Positions 34,601 through 46,400 of a stretch of DNA of 64,000 nucleotides are shown piece after piece. The stretch's first letter is position 1, and the number at the start of each line of letters is the position of its first letter. Source of the DNA: Cyanophora paradoxa CCMP329 (taxonomy: Eukaryota; Plantae; Glaucophyta). The stretch is from contig QPMI01000241.1 of the NCBI GenBank assembly GCA_004431415.1, forward strand, positions 62,001 to 126,000, read 5' to 3'. The translations under genes and the position numbers were made by a program. The notes beneath the pieces were generated by a model. The model was not told the DNA's origin. It made no database searches and worked only from the letters and a program-made list of their open reading frames with translations.

Positions 34601-37600
34601 TGCTCGGACTCCCGGGCGCACCGTTGGAGGCGAGTTGCGTGTTGGTCCCCAAGGGGCACGCGGAGAGCAGTGATAGCATCGTCTGCGGGGAAGAAGCGTC
34701 GGTCGGAAAGCGAGCGGAAGCGGAGAGGAATCTCGGGGCGTCTCGGTCTCACGTCGAACGTGGTGCGCTCGGAGCAGGTCGTGAACGTGACGGAGCGTGT
34801 TGTCGGAACGCGGAAGCGGAACTGGCTGTAGCGGTTCGACGCGTACTTGTAGACGGCCGCCGCGTTGCTCCCGAAGATCGACGTCGACGCGCACGTATCC
34901 GCGATGGGCGTCGAGCACTCTGCGGCCAGGCCGAGCTCGAGTCAGAGAGGGGCGGGCCGGGGCGGCGCTGGAAACGATCGCGAGGCCCGGCGCGCCGATG
35001 GTCACTGTGAAGACGGGGCTGCTGGAGAGGGCGAGGAAGGGGCTCCCGCTGGAGATGCGCAGGAAGTAGCTTCCTGTGGCGGGCACGCTCTCCGGCGCCG
35101 TCCACAGATAGCTCCCCACGTTCGGGATGCCGCCGGCGATCGGCCGCGTCTGCGCGCGCGGGGCGCTCAGCGGCGCCGGCGGCGGGGCGGGGAGGCTGGG
35201 GGCAGGCGCGCCCAGGGCTGCTCGTCGCGATCGGGGGCCGTCACGCGGACGAGGTCCAGGCTGACCGTCGCGCGCGCCTCGCGGCCGACGTACGTCCACG
35301 CGACGGCCATCGTCTGCGGCGCGCGTCGGGCGGAGCAGGGCGGGCTGCGCGCCGCGGGCGGGGGCGGAGCACCTTTCCCGACCCGGCGTCGATGAACGCG
35401 CCGGCGGCGGGGGCGCTGAACGTCCAGGGGGAGTAGACCTCGCAGGAGCGGCCGGAGTAGCCCGCGGGGCACTTGCAGAGGCCGAGCTCGCATTGGCCGC
35501 CGTTGATGCACGCCGGCGCGCACGGCGCGCACTGCAGCCGCATCGCGTGGCCCGCGCCGAACATCCCCCGCGACTGCAGCAGCCGGTTCGGCGAGCCCTG
35601 CGCGCCCGCCGCGCGCGCTTCAGCCCATGCGAGGGCGGCGGCGGCGGCGGCGGCGGACCTCGCCGGGGTTGGTGACGCGGTCGCGGAGGGCGAGGCTGAG
35701 GAGGACGGCGAGGACGTCGCTCTGGTTGGCCGTCGGGTTCGCCTCGAGGTACAGTGCCGCCACGCCCGACACCAGCGGCGTCGCCATGCTCGTCCCTGCC
35801 GCCCCGGGCCCGCCCCGCCTCGGCTCGCACGCCCCGGCGGGGAGGGCGCGGCGCCGCCCGCCACGGCGCACCGGAGATGGTGTGGACCATGGAGGGCTTG
35901 GTGGGGTCATCGCTGAACATCCACGTGGACGGGATGTCCTGCCTGCGCCGGCCCCTTCTCGGGACGGGCCCCGCCCGCGGAGCGGGGCGCGGGCCGCGTC
36001 GCGGCGCCGGGGCCGCACCCCGGTGCGAAGATGTCGACGCAGATGCCGTAGTTGGAGAACCAGGCGCGCGCGTCCCGGTTGTCCGTCGCAGCCACCGTGA
36101 TCCCCTGCGCGCCGCCGAATCCGGGCCCGGCCCCGCGCGTGTCGGCAAGGGTGGCGGTGGAGGCGGGCGAAAAACGCACCAGCGGAGCGGAGGCGGGGGA
36201 CTGTTTGCACGCTGGGGCGCGGAGGAGGGGGAGGGGGGGGGGAGCGGTCGGAGGCAATAGAAATCGGCGTGCGCAGACGAGGCGGCAGGTAGAGGGGGCA
36301 TTGGGGGCTGGCGGGCGGTGTGGGCTGGCGGGCGGTGTGGGCGAGCGCACCGTCGGAGCCGGCGTTGCCGGCGGAAGCGACGGATATGACCCCGCGCTCG
36401 ACCGCACTGCGCGGCCGCAGCCCGTGAGCCTAAGCCTCGAGCCTGCGGGCACGGCGCGGAGCGCTCGCCTCTGCACCGCCGCGTCGATCGGGTCCCACCT
36501 CGGCTCCACCTGCTCACAGCGGCTCGGAAACCGAGCGGCGCGCGCGGGCCGGGGGCGGGGCGGGGCGGGGCGGGCCCTGAGGGACATGCTCATGATGGCG
36601 GGCTTGACGTGGTTCGCGACCACCCAGTCCATCGCCGACAAGATCGCCGACTGGCGCGAAGGCGTCACGAGGGTGCGAGCGCCGGGGCGGCGCGGCCGGC
36701 GGCTGGCGCGCACCCCCGAGCCGCGCCCGTCGCAGCCGAAGACGCGAAGGCCGTGGATCGTCGCCTGCTTCGCCGCGCCGTACGTCCGCGACCCGATCGT
36801 GCCCGCCACCTGCCCGCCCGCCCTCAGCCACGCCCGCCCCGCGCGGCGGCGGCGACACGAAAGCTGCGCACATGCGTCCCGTGGCCGCTACAGTCCCCGA
36901 AAAAGTTCTCTGAGGGACGCGCGGGGGCCGTGGTTCGGCGGTCTGGCGGGGCGGGGAGGGGCGGGGCGGGGCGGGTCGGGGCACCGCCGGTGGCGTCGAG
37001 GATGTTGCGGGCGCGCCCCTCGAACTCGGGGTGCTCCGTGAAGATCCCCGAGTCGATCACGTACCTGCCCCACCAGCGCCCCGTCGGCCCCCGCCGAGGG
37101 GGGGGTGCGGGGCACGTCTACGTACACGTTGACCCCGCAGCCCGAGGCGCTGTAGTTGTACCTCTGGTCTCCCCCCAAGCTCCACGCGTCCTGCGCACGC
37201 CCGCCGTCAGCGGAGGGTACGAGGGCAGAGCAGCGCAATGCGGGTACCTGGTCGATCCGGTCCAGGTTCCAGGGCGCTGCGCGCGGCGGCGCCGGTGAGG
37301 GCGGGGCGGGGCGGGGGCGGGCGTGGGGGCGCACGGGAGGCCTGCTGGAGGGTGTCGAGGGAGGCCGGGACGTCGCGCCAGACCCCGAGCACCGTCTCGT
37401 CCGCCGCCGCCGCCGCCCGCACCTCCTCCCCCATCCTGCGCCCCGCCCGTGTCGGGACGAGGGGCGAGGGGAGACCGCGTAGAGGGGCGGGGCGGGGGCC
37501 GGGCACCGCGCCGAGAAGCCGGGGAAGACGCCGCGGTACACGTCGCGGACCTGCGCGGGCGAGCGGTAAGAGTGTTTTCATGGTCGACAGGGGGGGGGGG

Positions 37601-38277
37601 GGAGCGGGGCGGGGGTACCTCGAGGAGGGGCTCGGGAGCGGAGGGGGTCGCGGCGCCGGCGCCGGCCTTGGCGGAGGGCCGGAGCCCGGTGCGCCGGGGC
37701 CGCCCTTGGCGGCGCGGGGGGCGGCGAGGCGCCGGCGGAAGAGCTCGAGGAGGGTCTGCGAGGCGGCGCCCAGGTCCTCGTCGGCCAGCAGCCGCCGGCC
37801 CAGCGCCCGCTCCGCCGCCTCCGCCTTGAACCGCTGCGGCCGGCCCCGTCAGCGCTTGTCCGGCGGTGGGGGCGCGGGTGCGGGGCCCAAGCGGTCGACC
37901 GCGCGGTCAGATTGGCAACGCTAGGAAGGCGAAGGCATGCATATGTGTGTAGGGAAGTGAAGGGAAGGGATTTGGGACACGCGCGGCGGCGAAGCGGGGC
38001 GCGGGGGGCAGCGGGGCGGGCCGGGGCGCACCACGACGTAGAGGTCGCGAATCGGCAGCTCGGCGTCCTCGGACCGGAGCTGGCGCGCCTTGCCGGCGCC
38101 GTCGGGCTTCGAGGGCTCGCCCGCGGCCACTGCCGCCGCGAGAAGCGCGAGGAGCGCCGCCGCCATCAGCGGCGCCCCCGGCCCGCGGGCCCGAGGGAGC
38201 TGCCCCGCGGCCGCGGTCGACGCTCCGCCGCCGGCGCCGCGGCGCCCCGCGGCACGACGCGCTGCAGCGCGCGCCAT
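27765..38277 (-). CDS. Giant type I membrane subtilisin (S8, proteinase K-like): signal peptide, propeptide, protease, EGF, Ig-like domain, seven repeated beta-sandwich modules, (Ser-Pro)n linkers and a TM helix
   Basis: Signal [15 protein letters not shown] (ATG at 38166; alternative start 38277). Protease motifs [10 protein letters not shown], catalytic VIDSG, GHGTH|VAG and SG|[10 protein letters not shown], oxyanion AGN, and [70 protein letters not shown] near 28035-28125. Apparent 1-nt frameshifts near 32485 and 28972. Confidence 0.85.
32222..32925 (-). repeat. Coding minisatellite (6/12/18-bp units) encoding an extensin-like (Ser-Pro)n linker of about 230 aa
   Basis: Plus-strand GGGCTCGGGCTGGGCGAC units translate on the minus strand as PSPSPS, with interspersed SRTP variants. 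Confidence 0.9.
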
Positions 38278-38915
38278 CAATCCGCGGCCGAACTCGCGGC
38301 GCGCTGAGGATGCTGGATCCGGCCGCTGCCGCGCGACTGCGCCGAATTTAACGGGCCGAGATCCAGAGGTCGTCGCTTTTTTACGAAAGCGGTGACGGGC
38401 GGCGCTGCGCTGGGCGCCAGGCTGCTGCTGCTGCCTCGATCGCTGCTCCGAACGCGCAGCTGGTGCCGCGCGGGTGCGCTCCTCTTCACAGCAGTGACAG
38501 CAGCGTAGGATGCCAAGCATGCGCAGGCGAGGAGCTGCGCATTGTGCAAGAGCACGGTACCCGGGCAGCCCGTTTAATTTTTTGATGCACGTCCGGATCC
38601 AATCGAATCGTTCCAGAAAAAACACTGAATCGAAGCAACTTGAAGCCTCAAGTCGCGCCGGTGGTCTACCGTCTACCCCTTTTCCGTAAAAACAATCGGC
38701 GTATCGGTTCCGTTCCTTCCGCGTACCCAAGTAGTAGCCGGTGAAGCCGGCTGGAGCCACCGCCCACGCGCACGCAGCTGTACTGGAGTTGACGCCCGTC
38801 GTTAGCTAGAGGAATCTGCAGCAGGCGGCGCTCGCCGGAGGGGCACAGCCGATTTCCGCAGAACTGGTCTCTCCAGTGATGAGCGCAGCCCGGCGCTAGC
38901 GTCTTTCTTACTGGA

Positions 38916-41900
38916 ATGGACCGGCTTGTCAACGGGATCGGCCGGAAGATCAGCGGAGGCGAGCCGCTCCGCTACGCCTTCGAGGTTACTTTCAGTTCTG
39001 CGACTATCGCGGAGCGGGAGCTCGCAAAGAAGGCGAAGAATGCTGAGCTCATCGTCGAGTGGAAGCGCGGGAGCAAGGTGCGGCTGCCCGCGCGAGCCGC
39101 TGACCCTCGAGGATGCCGTGAATCGCTGGAGCCGGCCCGCGCGGATGCTAGTGCCCCACATTCTCACGCTGTTTCGCGCCTTCTTCGCAGTGCGTCAGCA
39201 CGAGGAAGGGAAACGTGCGGGAGGCGGTCAGCACCTCAGTCTTCTGGGCTGAGACGAAGTCGATGGAGTGCACCCTCTTCCGGAACCCGAAGACACGCCA
39301 GTTCGACATGAAGGAGTCCAAATTCAGTCTTAAGATGGTCGGCGAGGCCCGCGCGCGCCTCGCCGCCGCAGCAGCTAACAATCCGGCTTCATCCGGACAG
39401 GATGGGAAGTCGATCGGCAGCGTGTACTTCAACCTGTCGGACTTTGCGGGAGGCGGCACAGGCAAGAGCTCCGAAACGCAGGTCTTCACCCTCATCAAGG
39501 GCGGCAACAAGAAGTCCAAGACCTTCATCAAAGGCGGCCTCAACAAGGGCCAGGACAAGAGCAAGGGCATCCAGCTGAAGGTGCCGGCTTCCGTTACTCA
39601 TCAGCACGCTTCGGGGCGCGCGGCGCTCACGCGCGGCGGCCGCGCTGCAGGTCACGTTCAGCGCCACATGGTTGAAGGACTTTAAGGGCGGGTGCGCCTC
39701 GGGCGTTCCTTTTGCGGGGCCGGCAGCGGCGTGGAGCGCGCTGAAATCGCGCTTTCCTTCCTTTCTGGCAGGGCGGACGACGCGTATTCGGACATGCGCT
39801 CGATGGCGACGTCGAACGACTCGCGGAGCGACCCGGGGGAGGAGGACCGGGACGACCCTGAGGAGGACCAGGACGACGAGGACGAGGACGACCGCAGGAA
39901 GCCCGCCGCCAAGCCCAAGCGTGCGCCCCGCCCCGCGGCCAGGCCCCCGCGCCCCGCGCCGCCGCCGCCGCCGCCGCCGATGCCCGCCGGCAGCCAAGGT
40001 GGGGCCCCTCGGCCTCAAGGGCTCGAGAAGAGAGGCGGACCCGCGGGATCCGCTCGGCTCGCTGCGGGTCCGCCCGCCCGCACCCCCGCTCCCGCCGCTC
40101 GCCGCCGACTGCGCGGGCGCAGGAGGACGAGGAGGAAGAGGAAGAGGAGGAGGAGGAGGACACGAGGAGGAAACCGGTCGGGAGGGGCAAGCCCCCGCCG
40201 GGCAAGCCGGGAGCCAGCAAGGCCGCCGCCGGGCGGTGCGCCGACCCGCGCCGCCGGCCTGCCGTCCCGCCGTCCCGGGGTTGACGGTGGGCGGGGCAGC
40301 GGTGGGGCCAAGTCGAAGTACGATGAGGAGGAGGAAGAAGAAGAGGAGGAGGAGGATGATGATGAGGAGGAGGAGGATGACCGGGACGCGAAGAGGAGGT
40401 GCTCGGGGCGGGGCGGGGCGGACGGCTGGGCGCCGGCGCGGAGCTGACGCCCGCGCAGGCCCCAGTCGCGGGCCGGCGGCCGCGGCCGGAAGGACGAGGA
40501 CGAGGACGAAGAAGAAGAGGAGGAGGAGGAGGAGGACCACAGGGGCCGGGGCAAGGCAGGGAGCTCGGCGAGCGCGGGGGCGGGGGCGAGTCGGGGCGGG
40601 GCCGGGGGGCGGACGGTGACGTTCGGGACGACGCGGGTCGAGAGCCCCGGGATGGGGAGCGGGCGGGGCGGGGCGGCCGCCAAGCCCGGCGCCTCCAAGT
40701 CCCGATACGGCCACGACGAGGACGAGGAGGAGGAGGAGCACGACGAGGAGCACGACGAGGACGAGGAGGACGGGTACAGGCCCGGCAGCAAGGCCCGCTT
40801 CGCCCCGCCCCGCCCGCCGCCTACTCGTCGGGGCGGCCCCGCTCACGCCGGGGCGCGCAGATCACGAGCGGCCCGGGCCGAGGGGGCCCCTCCTCCTCCT
40901 CCCCCTCCTCCTCCTCGAGCAAGGAGCTCGAGGCGCGCCCCACCCCGCCCTCCCCGCCCCTCTCTGTCTTACGCGGGCGCAGGAGCTGCGGGGCAAGGTG
41001 GCGAAGCTCGAGAAGGAGCGGGACGCCCTGGAGAAGAAGCTCCGCGCCGCCAAGGTCCGCCCCTCCCCCGCCCCGCCGGCCCGCGGCCGACGGCGGCCCC
41101 GGCAGGACGACGACGTGGACGAGCTGCTGGAGGCGGCGCGCGAGGAGGGCCGGCGCGCACTCCGGCCCCTCCCGCCCCGCCCGCCCCGCCCTCTCTGACG
41201 CCGGGGCGCAGGGCGGAGCGGGACGAGGAGGTGGAGGAGCTGGAGGCGAAGGTCGAGGAGCTCCAGAAGCAGCTCGACGAGGCCCGCAGGGGCGCCAAGG
41301 GCGGCGCCAGGGTCCGCAGGGGCCCCACGCGCCCCGCCGCCTGTTGCCCCGCCCCGCCGCGCCGCGAGCCTCTGGCGCAGGGCAAGGCCGGCTCCTCCTC
41401 GGCGGACGACGAGGAGCTGCGGGACCTCCGCGCCCAGGCCGGCAAGGTCGGCCCCCGCGCCCCGGCCCCCCCCCTCTTCCGCCCCCCCGGCCCGCCGAGC
41501 CGGCTCCGGCCGCAGGCGAAGATGGACGCGGACGTGCTGAAGCGGAAGTGCGCGAACCTCGAGGCCGACAACGACGCCCTCCAGGTGCCCGCAACCCCGG
41601 CCCGGCCCCGGCCCCCAGCGCGGCGCGGGGCGGGGCCGACGTCCGCGCAGTCGCAGATCAAGGCCCTCGAGGCCAAGGCCGCCAAGTTCGAGGAGGAGAC
41701 CCGCTCCCGCGTGCGCCCTCTCTCCCCCGGGGGGCCGGGGGCGCCCCCCCTCCCCTTCTTAGGGCCGACGCCGGGCGGGGGCAGGAGACGGCGCTGCGGC
41801 CGCTGGAGCAGGAGCTCATCGCCGCGAAGATGGCCTTCGCCACCTCCGAGTCCGACAAGGAGGAGGCCCGCCCACTACCCCCCTGGCCCCCCCCCCCCCC

Positions 41901-42017
41901 CCCGCCCATGACGCCGGGTACCCCCCGCAGATGCACAACAAGCTGATGCAGATGAAGAAGAAGGTGGAGGCCCTCGAGGGGCAGCTCTTCAAGGCCAAGC
42001 GCGCCCTCGCCAAGTAG
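38916..42017 (+). CDS. NT-C2 (EEIG1/EHBP1-type N-terminal C2) domain protein with an acidic low-complexity middle and a C-terminal coiled coil
   Basis: LIVEWKRGSK...VFWAETKSMECTLFRNPKTRQFDMKESKFSL...IGSVYFNLSDFA matches the NT-C2 pattern. It is followed by poly-E/D tracts and heptad-rich exons ending LEQELIAAKMAFA...KRALAK*. Confidence 0.85.
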
Positions 42018-42960
42018 CCCCGCCCCCTCTCCCCGCCCCCGCGCCCCGTCAAGCCCCCGTCTCCTCTTCCACCACAGTCGCCCCCCCCCCCTCCCCCCCC
42101 CCCCCCACTCCCTTTCCACGGCTCCCGCCCCCCCTTCCCGGCCTTTCTTTTGATGTGCCTTTCGGTGCTGTAGTGCTCTAGTTACAATCCCTAGTCACGC
42201 GTCTGAGCTGCGGTGCTGCGGGGCGGGGCGGGACTTGTGGGCGATGTGCGGCGTTGCCGGCGCCTGTGTGCTCTCGCGATTGGATTTTCGGATCTAGAGT
42301 CCGACTCCCGGACTCTCCTGGCCGGGGCAACGCGCGCGCGCATTATATATTTAATTTCGCACTCTAATTTACGTATACGTTCGCACACATCGATATCTCT
42401 GACGTCGATCGACTCGCGAACTTCGAATTCGGAAGACTTACACATGTACATGCATATGTGCGGATCCGGAGCGCGTCAGCAATGCACCAGACCGCGACCG
42501 CCCGCGAAATAGGTACAGTTACAACGCACAAGAGATCACGTACTTATTCCGTCTGATAACTCGTTGAGTACATGATACGATGAATTTGAAGAGATACGAA
42601 GGTACGCAGCACATGTGACAATCTCGGGGAGAAAGCGGGCAGCACTTTCTCGGCAACTCTAAGCCTTTTCGAATGCAAGCACTACTTATGCACCTACATG
42701 CTCCAAGGATAATGACGTCGACCCACTTAAAATCGAGAAAGACACAAATATTAATATGTATACGTATACGTATACTTGGCACATAACTGAAGACCGAGGC
42801 GAAGGATAAGACGACCGTCGGACATCGATACATGCACACAGAAAACAAATAATGCAGAAAACCAAATCACACTGGGCAAAGCGCTGCGGGCGGTCTACTC
42901 TATCGGCCTCCTAAAGAGCGTTTTGAATTCCGTGTTTGCGAAACTCTAAAAGACTTTTCT

Positions 42961-43324
42961 TTGCCTCCTGCGACTACGTCTTCTAGTTCTGCTGTTAGCT
43001 CTGTCTTGTCGTCTTCGTCTAGATCTTCGTCTTCGACTGTAGTTCCTCGTGCTCGTTCTCCTTATTTGCTGCGTCCCCGTGCTCCTCGTCGTTCTAGTGT
43101 GACTAGTACTTCTGCATCGACGCCCTTGAGCTCTTCTACTCCTTCTCCTCGTGCTCGTTCTCCTTATCTTTTGCGTTCTTCTGATCGTGTCCCTTCTCGT
43201 GATCCCTCTTGATTCTGTATATATTTTGTGCTAGTTTACTGTATCTTTGATTTGTGATTGCTTTGTTGTCTTTAATATCACTACCTACGGGGGGTTCGCC
43301 CCACCGTAGTCTCTCAAAAAAAAA
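42961..43324 (+). mobile_element. 5'-truncated non-LTR retrotransposon (LINE 3' end) or SINE-like insertion, 364 bp
   Basis: Flanked by a perfect 14-bp direct repeat TAAAAGACTTTTCT (42947-42960 and 43325-43338). Ends in A9 (43316-43324), preceded by the stem-loop CTACGG-GGGG-TTCG-CCCC-A-CCGTAG (43285-43309). The T/C-rich body has an open frame ending at 43212. Confidence 0.8.
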
Positions 43325-43438
43325 TAAAAGACTTTTCTCGAGTGCAAAACTACAAAATTAAAGCCACGCCGGCATTAATTAGCCGACTCCTCTTAGGCGA
43401 CGATGGACGGGACGCGCGGGCGTGCCGGCATGCCAATG

Positions 43439-46400
43439 TCAACCTGCGGCGGGCACACGATCAGGGGAGCCGGCGAGAGGGCTCGCGAGGCGGGGGCGGA
43501 CGGCGCTGGTGGAGAGGGGCGAGTGGCGGCCGGTCTCGGCTGCGTCGGCGGCCTGCGCGACCTCCGCCTCGGTCGGGGGCATGAGCCCCACGAGCGAGCT
43601 CGACCGGTAGGAGCGCGGGCCCGGCGGGCCGCTGAACGAGCCCGAGCGCCCCGACGGGCCGCTGAAGGAGCGCGAGCGGGCGGCCGCGGAGGCGCCGGCC
43701 GCGGGGGCCGGCGGGTAGCTCCCGTTCAGCGCCTTCTGCTCGCGATCGCCCGGCCCCGCGTCAGCGGCGGCCGAGCGGGCGGGCGGGCGGGGCCTCGGGC
43801 CGGGCCGGGCGGGGGCCGCACGGCGGTGGCGATCTCGACGTTGCGGGCCTTGGCGCGCGCCACGACGACGACGACCGCCACGACGCCGATGACCACCGCG
43901 CCCACCGGCACCGCTGCGCGCGGGGGGGTTGCATGAGCGGCGCGGCTCAGGCGTGCAGGGGCGGATGAATATTCGAGCGGGGGCACCGACGGCGACGGCG
44001 ACGAGGGTGGTGGACATGGAGGAGGAGGTCGAGGCGGAGGCCGTGTCGGCGGCCACCGCGCCCTCCACCTGCCCATGCCCCGCCGTCAGCCTGGCGTATG
44101 CGTCGAGGGACGAGCCGGCGGCCGACTCGCCTCGGGGCCGAGGTAGGGGGAGACGTCGACGAGCTTGGCGCCGACGGCGAGGCCGGCGGGGCGGCCCATC
44201 CCCTCGCACGACGTCTTCTCCGCCGCCACGTTCTTGTTGCTCGGCATGTAGAACGAGTCGCTGCGGCGCCGGCGGCGCGCCCCCGTGAGCGGCCGCCAGC
44301 GTCGTGATCGCAATGGAAATTAAACTATTTCGCAGCCGCGCACCTGAGGCCGGGGTCGCTGGCGGGGTACTCGGTGGCGGGGGTCTCGCAGCACGAGTGC
44401 GCCGTGCACATCCGCACGCCGAAGGCGAAGCAGTGGGCGCTCCAGAGGCCCGTCACCTTCTCGACGTTGACCACCGAGGGGGCAATGTTGTTGTCGCCCG
44501 TCCCGTCCGCCGGGATCTGCGCCAGAGGCGATTTCAGCACTCGAAAATCAAATTTATTATTGTAATGGCAATCAGTGGCGCACGGCGAAGAGCTGGTACT
44601 TGTTGATGGCGAACATGTCGGTGGACTTGGCGGCGTTGCCCTTGACGTAGCGCCGGAGCATGATGGACGTGTTGCGGAAGGGCGCCCCGCCGTAGTACGC
44701 GAGCGACGGCCACCAGAAGAGCGCCGTCTTGTAGTCCTCCGTCCCCGAGACCAGGTTCAGGTAGTCGGACTGCGGACCCGGTGGAATCTTTTATTTGTGG
44801 CACTCGCTCGCAGGGGCGGGCTCGGGGGGCGGGCGCACGCTGGGCAGGGTGCTGGTGAGCTTGACGGAAGTGGCGCCGAGGTTGCCCGTCGCCTTTGCCC
44901 CGCACTGCGGCGTGACGGCTGCCGCGGGCGCCATCAGAGGCGAGTGCCATGGACAAACACAAAGAAGCTGGGGCCGCACGTCCGTGGGTGAAGGCGGCCG
45001 ATGAGGTGTCCGAGGCGCCACCGCAGAGGCCGGCCTGGGTCGCCTTGTTGCACGCCTTGATCCTCACCGTGTACTTGAAGCCTGCGCATGCCTCCTAGAT
45101 CAGCGGGAGGGCGGCGCGGGCCGGCGTGGCTGGGGCGGACCGGGGCAGAGCTGGGCGAGGGCGGCCAGGGACGGGATGGCGACGGTCTTGGCGGTGGCGT
45201 CGACGGCCACGGACGACTCGAAGGTGAGGAAGTCGGCGCTGTCGGCGGCCGCCGCCAGGGGCCAGGCCGTCGCGCTGTTCTTCTCCCCGGCGGGCCCGTA
45301 CGGGCACAGGCCGATGGGCTCGCTCTCGGGGTTCGTCATGACCACCTCGACCACGACCTGCGAAGAAGCCCGGCCCGTGAGATTCATGATCAAGCACTAT
45401 TGGTTTAAACAACGGTCGGCTCTTCGGTGCCCACCTTGGTGAGCTCGGCGCCGCCGTCGTAGTCGAGGGCGTCCCATGTGGCGTTGAGCGAGTAGCCGGC
45501 CGCGTAGGTGAAGGCGTCGCGGACCGCCAGCGCCAGGCCCGTCATCGCCTCCGGCGCCACCGCTGCCGGCCGCGTCAGTGCCAGCGCCGCGGAGACGGGC
45601 GGAGGAGGCGAGGCGACGCGGGCGCACGGTCGACGATCTTGGGCTCCGCCATGGTGACGAGGGCGCTGCAGTCGGTGCCGCCGGGCCGGCACGCCTTGAC
45701 CGTCGCCGTGTACTTGAAACCTGCGGGTGGAGGCCGATCGCGAGTCAGACTCTCTGCTTCTCGCGATCGTGGGGGCAGGGGCGGGGGCAGGGCCGGCACC
45801 GGGGCAGAGCGTCGTGCTGACGACCATCTTGCCGTCCACGATCGTGAAGTCGGCCTTCACGCCGGTCTTGGGGAAGGCCGTGGAGGACGGGTGCCAGGGG
45901 CAGGGCAGCAGGACCTCGCTCGCCTCCTTCTGGACCCACGTGATCCCCACCGTGTGCTGCGCCGCCGTTTAGACGGCGACGGCGCCGGCGCCGGCGCCGG
46001 CCGAGCTCGGACCTGGAGGGTGCTCTCCTCGGCGGCCATGGTGGAGGAGGGCGTGAAGCGGATCTTCGCCGGCTGCCCGCCGCTGTACGTGAAGTCGGCC
46101 GTCGTCGTGTCGAGCACGATCTCGAGGCCCGTCGGGGCCGCGGGGACGCCCGCCGGGCACGCCGTCTCGAACGTCGTGTACGCGTACCCGAGGCGCAGCG
46201 CGCTCGGCGCCTGCGGAAATCAGAGCGGCCCATGATCAGCGGCTTTGCCGCACGCAGGGCGGGGGGCGGGGGCGAGGGCGGACGTAGACAGCGACGCTGT
46301 AGCTGTTGGCGCCCGTCTGGCACTTCTTGAGGCCCGTCAAGTCGTGGGTCAGCTTGCCGTTGCCGCCGCTGGTGGCGGTGATGGTCGCCGTGCCCGAGCC

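Noticed and set aside
39389-41946. Very long Arg/Gly/Pro-rich ORFs on both strands here and across other GC-rich genes
   Set aside because: Stop codons are scarce at this GC content, and these ORFs run through introns or antisense to well-supported spliced genes.
42961-43212. 83-aa Ser-rich ORF as a host gene
   Set aside because: It starts at TTG exactly at the retro-insertion junction, so it is better explained as the truncated end of a retroelement ORF.
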